Origin: Phycisphaerales bacterium
Lineage (GTDB): Bacteria; Planctomycetota; Phycisphaerae; Phycisphaerales; UBA1924
Direction of reading: 5' to 3'
NCBI GenBank assembly: GCA_965227775.1
Contig: OZ245777.1
Coordinates: 3,232,001 to 3,296,000 of the forward strand
DNA: 64,000 bases
A program made the translations under genes and the position numbers. The notes under the pieces were generated by a model. It searched no databases, was not told the origin of the DNA, and was given only the letters and a program-made list of their open reading frames with translations. Positions 1-8,231 of this stretch are shown piece after piece. How positions within the stretch are numbered: the stretch's first letter is position 1; each line of letters begins with the position of its first letter.

Positions 1-1
1 C

Positions 2-685
2 GAGCAGGATCCGGTGCTTGAGCCCGAGGCCGAGCCCGCCCCCCCACTAATACCAGAGCCGCAAACAGAACCCGCGCTGAAGCCTCGACCTGAACCAGCA
101 ATCCAAGGCGACGCCGGGGAACCGCCAGCGTCGGAGCCGACGGATGAACCCGCGCCAGATGGCGGAGTCGCTGAGCAAGCGCTGGCCGGCACGCAAGACC
201 AACCCTATCAAAACTCACCACCTGAAGTCATTCAGTGGCCAGAAGACGCCAACCTCGACATCCTCGATCCGGTCGAAGAGGTCGAGCAGACTCTTGTGGA
301 CATTGAGTTGCAGTCGGATGAGATCGGGCTGACTCTGGGTGAAGGCACCACCGGCGGGACGAATCTCGGCTTCGTGCAGGTGTCTGAGGTCGCCCCGCTC
401 GTACCGAGCGAACCGGAGCGTCCCGACGGTGTGATCCCGCCTCCGAGCCCGGTGGTTCACGAGGTCGTTGAGGACCATGCATCCTTGCGATCCAGGGATC
501 TGCCCGACCGCGACAACGGTCAGATCTCACGTGCCGAACCAGACGAAGCCAGCAATAGCACATTGCGTGATCAGGTATCGGGATCGCTAGGCCTGATATG
601 GGGCCTCGTGCGTTCGATCGGCGGCACGGGCACGGCTGAGAGCAAGCAAACGGAGAGCCGGAGCAACGGCAACAGGGCCGACTAA
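2..685 (+). CDS. C-terminal part of a Pro/Glu-rich, probably large exported protein (truncated by left edge)
   Basis: Frame is open from base 2 (EQDPVLEPE...). Acidic Pro-rich linker, then a short hydrophobic segment SLGLIWGLVRSIGG and a polar tail. Confidence 0.7.
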   Translation, partial: EQDPVLEPEAEPAPPLIPEPQTEPALKPRPEPAIQGDAGEPPASEPTDEPAPDGGVAEQALAGTQDQPYQNSPPEVIQWPEDANLDILDPVEEVEQTLVDIELQSDEIGLTLGEGTTGGTNLGFVQVSEVAPLVPSEPERPDGVIPPPSPVVHEVVEDHASLRSRDLPDRDNGQISRAEPDEASNSTLRDQVSGSLGLIWGLVRSIGGTGTAESKQTESRSNGNRAD

Positions 686-706
686 TCGGAACTGGCACAG
701 GAGTGA

Positions 707-1129
707 GTGATGGCTGTCGACTACAACAGAGCTGGACTCAGCGACCACACACATTCTCAGATCAGCGAGCTTGAACAGAGCACTTCTGAAGCTGTTCAAC
801 GCATGCGTTGTCACTCACGTCTGAACGTGCGAGTGAAGGTGACTGTCGTGCCAGCAAGCCTGAGTCATCGCGATGGCCCTCGGCTTCAGGGTATCACTGG
901 CGATCTGTCGCAAGGCGGGACGCAGATCCTGCTGCCGAGACCGCTGAACATCGGTGATGTATACCTGGTCTCGTTCGATCGGGACGCGCTCGATCTACCC
1001 GACGTCTACGCGCTGTGCCTCCGCGGTCGCCAGGTCCGTCCAGATGCGTTCGAGGCGGGGCTGCGCTTCCTCCAGCCTGTCACGCTTCCGGAGATGGACG
1101 GGTCAGATCAAGCACATTCGATTCTCTAA
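707..1129 (+). CDS. PilZ-domain protein (c-di-GMP receptor)
   Basis: RCHSR (RxxxR) followed by DLSQGG (DxSxxG); ends in typical FEAGLRF strand. Confidence 0.85.
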   Translation: MMAVDYNRAGLSDHTHSQISELEQSTSEAVQRMRCHSRLNVRVKVTVVPASLSHRDGPRLQGITGDLSQGGTQILLPRPLNIGDVYLVSFDRDALDLPDVYALCLRGRQVRPDAFEAGLRFLQPVTLPEMDGSDQAHSIL

Positions 1130-1188
1130 CTTTTGCACGTTCCCAGAGATCTCATGAGCACCCACTCGCATTCCAAGGCACGTCAGCG

Positions 1189-3090
1189 ATGAGCACCGTC
1201 GAACTCCAAGACCACTCGACTTCGAACGTACACGCGTTCGAAGACTCGCACGAGGATTCACCTCGCCCGGATCTCTACGCATCAATCACGGAGATCGACC
1301 GGGCGGATCTGCCACCACGCAAACGGGTTGAGCAATTGCTCGACTCGATCTTCGAGGCGTTCTGTCCTTTGGTAGCCGTTGCCTCTGTCGGACTCGCGAA
1401 TGAGGAGATTGATCGACGGCGGCAACAGGACCGCGACGGAGTCCAGCCTTGGATCGGGGTGCTCGATGATGCGGCCCTCGAAGCCCGCTCGCACGATCGC
1501 TCCTTCGCCCGCCTCTACGGCACGAGCGAAGAGAACCCAGAATTCGTGGTCGCAGCGTCACCAATCCAGATTCCGGGCCAGGATCCGTTCGGGGGCGTTG
1601 CTGTTCTCATGCGGTGCGAGTCGATCCCAGACGCCGAACGAGTCCAGCTGCACCTTCGCAGTGCGTGCCTGCACGCGGCGGCCACTCTCGTGCGGCAGAC
1701 CCGGCGGAAGCCTCAAGCGGTGCACATGGACGACATCGCACGGGTGTTTGCTCGCGCAGGCAATTTCAGGACCCTTCATCAATTCGCATACGCCATCACA
1801 AACGCGGCTCGCCAGAAGTTCGATTGTGATCTCGTGTCCATGGGTGTCGTCCGCAAGCACAAGGCACACGTATTGAGCATCTCGGGCCTTGACCAGGTCA
1901 AGAAGCGCAACCCAGGCGTTCACGCACTCGAGCAAGCGATGGGCGAGTGCATCGATGCAGGTGCGCCGGTGCTCTCGCAGCAACAGGATGCCTGGAACCA
2001 GATGGAAGGTGTGGAGCGCGGTCCGCTCCACGATACATGGCGCGCTGCGACCAAGGGCGGGGCTGTGATGAGCGTTCCCATCCTCGCCGGCGACGAGGTG
2101 GCTGCGGTCGTTTCCTTTCGCCGGCCGACCGACAAGCCCTTCGACGCGGACGATGTTGATGCGGTTCGCAAGCTACTTGCACCACTGGCGGGCGCTATCC
2201 CACTCGTCGCCCGAGCCACCCGCTCGCTGGCCGACCACACGATACACTCCGGCGCCGATGCGAGTCGCTGGGCACTGCGCACCGGCTCGACCCGCAAGCG
2301 ACTCATTCTGTTGATGGTCGCGGCGGCTTCAGCATGGCTGGTCTTTGCGCGGTCGACCTATCAAGTGAGTACCCCGGCAACGGTTGTCGCGGAACGAGAG
2401 TGGGTTGTAGCCTCACCACTCGATGGGATGGTCTCATCGGTTCTCGTACGCGCCGGAGATATCGTCCGCGCGGGCACACCCTTGATGGCCCTCGATACCT
2501 CCGACCTTGAACTCGAACTCGAGGCATTGGCCTCCGACATCGCAGCTGCCGATCTTCGCCTCAGCACATCGATGGCCGCGGACAACCCAGCCGAAGCAGC
2601 GATCGCACGCGCGGAGCGGGTCGCACTCACGGCGAGACACGAGGCGGTTCTTGAGCGGATCAAGCGCGCGAAAGTCATCGCACCCGCGGGCGGCATCGTC
2701 GTCGGCCCGGGCCTGGCCGACCTTCCCGGCCAGCGCGTCGGCGTGGGACAACCTCTGGTTTCCATTGCCGAAGCCGGCACGCTCGCACTGCAGTTGAGCA
2801 TACCGGAAGGTCGGGTGACCGATCTGGAGACGGGTCAGGCCCTGCGCTTCGCCAGCAACTCCAGGCCCGAAGATCCGAGCTTCGGGACGCTCGAGCGTGT
2901 CTCTCCGACGGCAGTCCATCGCGATGGGCGCACCGTCTTCATCGGTGAGTCCTCCATGCCCGGGAACGCCAACTGGCTCCGTCCCGGCATGGAGGGGGTT
3001 GCGATCATCGAAGTTGGCGAACGTCGCAACTGGTGGCTCGCCACGCATCGTCTCGTTGACGCAATCCGAATGAAGCTCTGGATAGACTGA
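1189..3090 (+). CDS. GAF-domain / HlyD-family membrane fusion protein
   Basis: GAF-like region (SVPILAGDEVAAVVSFRR), TM helix, lipoyl-like VASPLDGMVSSVLVRAGDIV, coiled coil and LRPGMEG barrel. Start taken at ATG 1189. Confidence 0.85.
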   Translation: MSTVELQDHSTSNVHAFEDSHEDSPRPDLYASITEIDRADLPPRKRVEQLLDSIFEAFCPLVAVASVGLANEEIDRRRQQDRDGVQPWIGVLDDAALEARSHDRSFARLYGTSEENPEFVVAASPIQIPGQDPFGGVAVLMRCESIPDAERVQLHLRSACLHAAATLVRQTRRKPQAVHMDDIARVFARAGNFRTLHQFAYAITNAARQKFDCDLVSMGVVRKHKAHVLSISGLDQVKKRNPGVHALEQAMGECIDAGAPVLSQQQDAWNQMEGVERGPLHDTWRAATKGGAVMSVPILAGDEVAAVVSFRRPTDKPFDADDVDAVRKLLAPLAGAIPLVARATRSLADHTIHSGADASRWALRTGSTRKRLILLMVAAASAWLVFARSTYQVSTPATVVAEREWVVASPLDGMVSSVLVRAGDIVRAGTPLMALDTSDLELELEALASDIAAADLRLSTSMAADNPAEAAIARAERVALTARHEAVLERIKRAKVIAPAGGIVVGPGLADLPGQRVGVGQPLVSIAEAGTLALQLSIPEGRVTDLETGQALRFASNSRPEDPSFGTLERVSPTAVHRDGRTVFIGESSMPGNANWLRPGMEGVAIIEVGERRNWWLATHRLVDAIRMKLWID

Positions 3091-5252
3091 TGACAGACTC
3101 ACAGCAACCATCACACTCGGGTGCGGAATCGGCTGATGCATCAATCGCCGATCGTCTGCGCAATGTCGTTGTCGACTTGCGTAGCGAACTTGACATCAGT
3201 AGGCACGTCTTTCGAGATGGTCCGTCTTATATTGTCCGGGATCCCATCACGTTCGGCACGCACCGCTTCGACCCACAGGACTACAAGATCCTCAGGGCAC
3301 TCGAACATGAGCGAACACTTGGTGAGATCTTCGAGACCCTGATTCAGCGCGGTGCGCTCGAACGCAGCGAAGAGTCAGAATTCTACGAGTTCATCCTGGA
3401 CCTTCACCAACGCAGCCTCTTGACGCTGCCGATCAACAGCGGCGACGCTCTGTATCAGCGATACGAGCGACGCAAGCAGGCCGAGAGGTCGTCGAAGGCG
3501 CTCGGAATCCTGTTCCTTCGTGTGCCGCTGATCAACCCGGATCGATTCCTGTCTACGACACTGCCGCTCTTTCGCTGGTTGTTTACCACGCCGGCCTTTA
3601 TCGCATGGATGACTCTGACTGCACTCGCACTCGTAGTCGCATCTTCCCGGCTAGATGACCTGAGCGCACCTGTACTCACCTCGATTCAGGGCCAGGATCT
3701 CCTCATGCTCTGGGGGGCACTGATCGGGCTGAAGGTGGTTCACGAGTTCGGTCATGCGTACGCGTGTCGGTCCTTTGGCGGGCACGTTCCAGAGATGGGC
3801 GCCTTCTTCATCCTGTTTACACCTCTCGCCTATGTGGATGCGAGTGATTCTTGGAAGTTCTCCAGTACTCGACAGCGGGCCATCGTGACTCTCGGAGGCG
3901 TGTACTTCGAGTCGATCGTCGGAATTGCAGCCTTGGCGGTTTGGAGCGTGAGTGATGCGGGGCCCATCCAAACCCTCGCGTATCAGATCATGCTGCTGTC
4001 AACGATCACGACACTCGCCTTCAACATGAACCCGCTGCTCCGGTATGACGCGTACTACCTCGTCTCGGATCTTGTCAAGATCCCCAATCTCCGGGCCAGA
4101 TGCCAGGAAGCGCTGACAGGAACACTGAAGCGGCTGTTCTTCGGCATACGCGCCAGTGCCGACGGCACTCCGTTCCATTTCGAGCCCGGCCTGCTCGCGT
4201 TTGGCATGGCTCAGGCTGTGTACCGCGTGGTGGTGATGGTGACGATTTCCGCTGTCGTAACCATGAAGTTTGGAATCGTTGGGATCGTGATCTCCGTCCT
4301 GATCATCGGCATGGCAGGATTCAAGGCCGCGAAGGGCATCTGCATCTACGTGCTTCGTTCCGAAGAGACGGCCCCAATTCGGTTCCGTGCCGTTACCACA
4401 ACGCTGGCAGCAGCGACCATCGCCATCATCGGGCTTACCTCTGTTCCGTTGCCATGGCCCCTGCACGCGAAGGGAGTCGTTTCCTACGAGACCGTCGAAG
4501 CACTGCCAGCGCCGATGTCGGGCTACGTTGAGCAATTGCGCACTGAAGTCGGGTCTTTCCACACGGGTGGTGATGTCATCGCCACGCTGACGAACCCTGA
4601 CGCGTACACGGAACTGCAGACGGCTCGAGCTGAGCAGGCGACTTCGCGATCACGCCTCGTCCATGCAAGCATGCGATCGCCGAGCGACGCGGAGCGCGCT
4701 CGCATCGAGCAGGACCGTCACGATGCCAGGATCCGCAAGCTCGAGAGCGATGTCGCGGGAATGGCCATCGCAGCTCCGTCCGACGGTCGCGTTCTCGATG
4801 TGCTGGTTGAGCACGAGGGTTCGCACGTGAAAGCCGGCGAACCGATCGCCTTGTTCGGTTCTGGCTCGAGCGAGGCCGTGTTTCATGTCCGGGCGCACGA
4901 GCTCGATGGAGTGTCAATTGCAATTGGGGACGAGATCGTGTGTCGGTCGCACGCCAATCCAGAAGTCGATCTCACCGGAACAGTCATACATGTCGGGCCT
5001 GCTGGGTCGCGGGACATCGATTCGAGTATCCGTCACGCAGCACCAACGGGACTCGTACCAACGGATCAGCGTACAGGTCTGGCCAGCGCACCATACTTCG
5101 AGATCCGTTTGCGGCTGCCAGAGTGCGACTCGACAATCCCCGGAACTCGGATTGAAGCCAGCCTGCCGGCTCACCGGCGTACGACCGCAGCTGTCATCGA
5201 GCGCCACATCATTCGATTCCTCAACCGTGTCCGCCAGGACCGCGCAAGCTGA
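3090..5252 (+). CDS. PqqD-like / M50 site-2 protease / HlyD fusion protein
   Basis: N-terminal YIVRDP...winged-helix-like region; HEFGH plus NPLLRYD M50 zinc motifs among TM helices; C-terminal APMSG...IAAPSDGRV MFP hairpin. TGATG-coupled to the upstream gene. Confidence 0.85.
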   Translation: MTDSQQPSHSGAESADASIADRLRNVVVDLRSELDISRHVFRDGPSYIVRDPITFGTHRFDPQDYKILRALEHERTLGEIFETLIQRGALERSEESEFYEFILDLHQRSLLTLPINSGDALYQRYERRKQAERSSKALGILFLRVPLINPDRFLSTTLPLFRWLFTTPAFIAWMTLTALALVVASSRLDDLSAPVLTSIQGQDLLMLWGALIGLKVVHEFGHAYACRSFGGHVPEMGAFFILFTPLAYVDASDSWKFSSTRQRAIVTLGGVYFESIVGIAALAVWSVSDAGPIQTLAYQIMLLSTITTLAFNMNPLLRYDAYYLVSDLVKIPNLRARCQEALTGTLKRLFFGIRASADGTPFHFEPGLLAFGMAQAVYRVVVMVTISAVVTMKFGIVGIVISVLIIGMAGFKAAKGICIYVLRSEETAPIRFRAVTTTLAAATIAIIGLTSVPLPWPLHAKGVVSYETVEALPAPMSGYVEQLRTEVGSFHTGGDVIATLTNPDAYTELQTARAEQATSRSRLVHASMRSPSDAERARIEQDRHDARIRKLESDVAGMAIAAPSDGRVLDVLVEHEGSHVKAGEPIALFGSGSSEAVFHVRAHELDGVSIAIGDEIVCRSHANPEVDLTGTVIHVGPAGSRDIDSSIRHAAPTGLVPTDQRTGLASAPYFEIRLRLPECDSTIPGTRIEASLPAHRRTTAAVIERHIIRFLNRVRQDRAS

Positions 5253-5272
5253 TCCGGCATGGAGAACACCTG

Positions 5273-6289
5273 ATGCACCCGCTTGCCACGCAATTCTGCC
5301 TGCTTGCCATAGCCGGCGTAACGATCCAGCTCAACGCCTCGGGGATGCTTGCTTACCCGAGGAGTGACGATGCTCCCTCCCCACAGGTTGGGACCAACAC
5401 CTCGACATCGGTACCAACAATGGACGTCGGCCAGGGTATCAAGCTCGTTGACACCGCCGGCAGTCATGCCCTTCCTGGTGCGACGCGAGCGCTCCGGCAC
5501 GTTGTGCTAAGCACGTCCTTTGACACAAGATTGTCTCGCCTGACGGTCGAAGAAGGCCAGCTTGTTCGAGCTGGCGAGATCGTCGCCGTACTCGACGACA
5601 GGGTCGCCCAGGCCACGCTGCGAGTCGCAGAGCTGGAAGCGGCAAATGAAGCCCTGATCGCCAGAGCCCAGGCCCGGGTTGACGAGGCGGAAGCCAACCT
5701 TGAGCATGTCGGGCGTGCACAAGCTGCGGGCGCCGCGAACAAGGACGAAGTGGATGATGCCCGAACGGCCGTCGCGGTGGCCGAAGCCGATCTGCGCTTG
5801 GCTCAGCACGAACATGATCGAGCTGGGCTCGAGTTGGAGCTCGCACGCGCCAGAGTGGAGGAGCACCTCGCACGGGCACCGTTCGATGCAGTGGTCTTGC
5901 GGGTCAAGGCAGAGCCAGGAGAGGTGCTCTCCCCCGGCGATCCAATCGCCGAACTTGCCACCGAGGGGCAGATTTGCGTGGACCTCTACCTTCCATCGTC
6001 CGCTGCGGCGTCAATCAAGAAGGGCGAGACGTACTCGCTGCAAGTCGGAGAACCACTTGATGTTACTCTGCCAGCCAGCGTTCGCTACGTCGAGCGTCGT
6101 ATCGATCCCACATCAAAGACGCAGCGGGTGGTATTCGAGTTTAATACTGAGTTCCGTCGGCTTTCAATCGGCATGCTTGTAAGGCCGGCTTCGAGGATGC
6201 CGACTTCGGCGGACATCGCAACCGCCTCCGAGAGCCGCAGCGGAAGCAGCTTGGCTACCTTGAGCCAGCACAGCCACGAGGGGCCTTAG
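5273..6289 (+). CDS. Efflux RND-type periplasmic adaptor (membrane fusion protein)
   Basis: VEEGQLVRAGE, alpha-helical hairpin, RAPFDAVV, IDPTSKTQRV motifs; N-terminal signal-like sequence. Confidence 0.85.
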   Translation: MHPLATQFCLLAIAGVTIQLNASGMLAYPRSDDAPSPQVGTNTSTSVPTMDVGQGIKLVDTAGSHALPGATRALRHVVLSTSFDTRLSRLTVEEGQLVRAGEIVAVLDDRVAQATLRVAELEAANEALIARAQARVDEAEANLEHVGRAQAAGAANKDEVDDARTAVAVAEADLRLAQHEHDRAGLELELARARVEEHLARAPFDAVVLRVKAEPGEVLSPGDPIAELATEGQICVDLYLPSSAAASIKKGETYSLQVGEPLDVTLPASVRYVERRIDPTSKTQRVVFEFNTEFRRLSIGMLVRPASRMPTSADIATASESRSGSSLATLSQHSHEGP

Positions 6290-6529
6290 CCTGTGCTGAG
6301 CTTCCTATGCCGCATACCAGCGGCGAGACCAAGTCGATAGCGGCACACGCTGAACTCAGCGGTGGCGCCCGGCCTTGGGTTCTTGGCGGCCCCCGCCGCA
6401 AAGGCCAGTGCACGTGGGGCCAGAGCGGACAATCCGCGGCGCATCCGGGCACAAGCGGCAAGCCTGGCACAGGAGTGTCAAGGGCCGCAAACACCAGAGA
6501 AAGCAGAGCTTCCGGCGTCTTTGGGCCAA

Positions 6530-6602
6530 TGGAGCGGAGGCGACTCGAACGCCCAACTTCCAGCTTGCAAAGCTGGCACTCTACCAATTGAGTTACCGCC
6601 CC
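6530..6602 (-). tRNA. tRNA-Ala(UGC)
   Basis: Reverse complement GGGGCGGTAACTCAATTGGTAGAG...CCAGC-TTTGCAA-GCTGG...GTTCGAGTC...CCGCTCCA; G3:U70 Ala identity pair; CCA not encoded. Confidence 0.96.
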
Positions 6603-6712
6603 TGGGGGGCCATGGTATGCCCTTCTCGGACGCGATCCTGCCCGCACAAACCGTTGCGACGCGTGTTGCTCCTGCTGTGGGTCGATAGGCCCAGCGAAGG
6701 GAGGGCTCACCG

Positions 6713-8002
6713 ATGGGTCGTTCGGGATGGGCGGGGGCGTGTGCCGTGGTAGCGGCCTGGGCGGCGAGCGCTATTGCGGCAGGCGGCGACCCGCAGCAAG
6801 AATTCGAGGCGGCCGAGCAGGCCGAACTCAAGGGCGAGTACCGCGAGGCGTTTGACGCCTACCTGCGAGCTTGGGCCGACCCCGCCTTGCGGGCAGAATC
6901 GGCCCGCCGTGCCCGAGCCCTCGAGCGGATCGCCCGGGTCTCTTCGGACGATGATCCGACGGCTATCGAGCGGCTGCGTGAGAAGGTGGGCGCAGGATTC
7001 CGCACGTATCGGTCGCGTTCGTACTACGTGCTGAGTGATGCGGACGACGCGTGGACGCGTTCGCGCATCACGCTGCTGGAGCGCGCGCGGGAGCAGTACT
7101 TTCGCGATCTCGACCGACTGAGCGTGCCGGTGCACCCCCACCCCCACCGACTGGTGTGCGTGTTCTTCGGCGAGCATGGCGACTACCTGGAATTCGCACG
7201 CGACCATGACGGCTTCGACGCAGGATGGACGGCCGGATACTACAGCATGGCCCACAACGCCATCATCATCCACGATGATCGCACGTCGCCCAGTTTGTAC
7301 CGTGTGAATCGTCAGCTCGCCGGCTTCCAAGACCGCGCTGACCTGCTGGTGGGAAGAGCGGAAGACGCCGAGGCGCTTGGTGAGTTCGAGCAGGGCCAGC
7401 TCTTGCGCGAGGCTGCGGCTGATCTCGAAGCACACATCGCCAAGGAGCGCGATCGCATCCAGCAGCAAGTGCTGCGCTTCGGTGTCGCCAAGGTACTGCA
7501 CGAGGCGATCCACTTGCTTGCCTTCAACACCGGGCTGCAACGGCGCGGCTCGTCGTATCCGCTCTGGGTGAGCGAGGGGCTCGCGGCCAGCTTCGAGTCG
7601 CACGACACCAATGGCCAGTTCGGCTTTGCCTTCGAGTACAAGCCGCGAGAGGCTGAGTTGCTGTCGCTGGCGGCGAGCGATTCGCTGCCCAATCTCGAGC
7701 GTCTGGTGACGATGGACGACAACTCGAACTTGCGCATCGATACGGCGCGGCCGATCTACGCGGTCGCGTACGGACTGTTCAAGGAACTCCATCGCACGAA
7801 TCGGGACGAGCTGGCGGCGTACCTCATGGAACTGGCCGATCTGCCAGCCGGCCCGCAGACAGCCGAGCAACACCTGGAACGGTTCGAGCGGCACTTTGGC
7901 AGCGCCGGCCGTCTTGAGAATCGGATGGGCCGGCGATGGACGGCGGCAGCGCGGGAACGCGAGCAGGGCCAGGCCGAGGACATGCGGTCGGCTCGCCGCT
8001 AG
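6713..8002 (+). CDS. DUF1570-family secreted putative zinc metallopeptidase
   Basis: Signal peptide; AGYYS, HEAIH and PLWVSEGLAASFE motifs typical of planctomycete DUF1570. Confidence 0.8.
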   Translation: MGRSGWAGACAVVAAWAASAIAAGGDPQQEFEAAEQAELKGEYREAFDAYLRAWADPALRAESARRARALERIARVSSDDDPTAIERLREKVGAGFRTYRSRSYYVLSDADDAWTRSRITLLERAREQYFRDLDRLSVPVHPHPHRLVCVFFGEHGDYLEFARDHDGFDAGWTAGYYSMAHNAIIIHDDRTSPSLYRVNRQLAGFQDRADLLVGRAEDAEALGEFEQGQLLREAAADLEAHIAKERDRIQQQVLRFGVAKVLHEAIHLLAFNTGLQRRGSSYPLWVSEGLAASFESHDTNGQFGFAFEYKPREAELLSLAASDSLPNLERLVTMDDNSNLRIDTARPIYAVAYGLFKELHRTNRDELAAYLMELADLPAGPQTAEQHLERFERHFGSAGRLENRMGRRWTAAAREREQGQAEDMRSARR

Positions 8003-8231
8003 GGCTTCGCGGCAGGCCCCGCATTCACCAGAGCATCCAAACAACTTCACAACAGGACGTGCGTGACCCCAGTACCTCCCGCACGACGGGCGGCTAGACC
8101 TCGCGCATCGGACGCTGTAATCTGTAGCGAACAGAGTACTTGCGGCCATATCGAGCACGCGGGTGCGCTGTGCATCCACGACGAGAAGCACGCACATCGG
8201 GCCGTCGGTCCCTCTATATCAGGAGAGCAGC

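Noticed and set aside
3090..3450. RiPP cluster implied by the PqqD-like domain
   Set aside because: No precursor peptide or maturase in the window; context is an export module.
692..6477. 14-bp direct repeat ctggcacaggagtg at 692 and 6464 as island boundaries
   Set aside because: Several 14-mer matches are expected by chance in 64 kb; not tRNA-derived; the atypical region continues left of 692.
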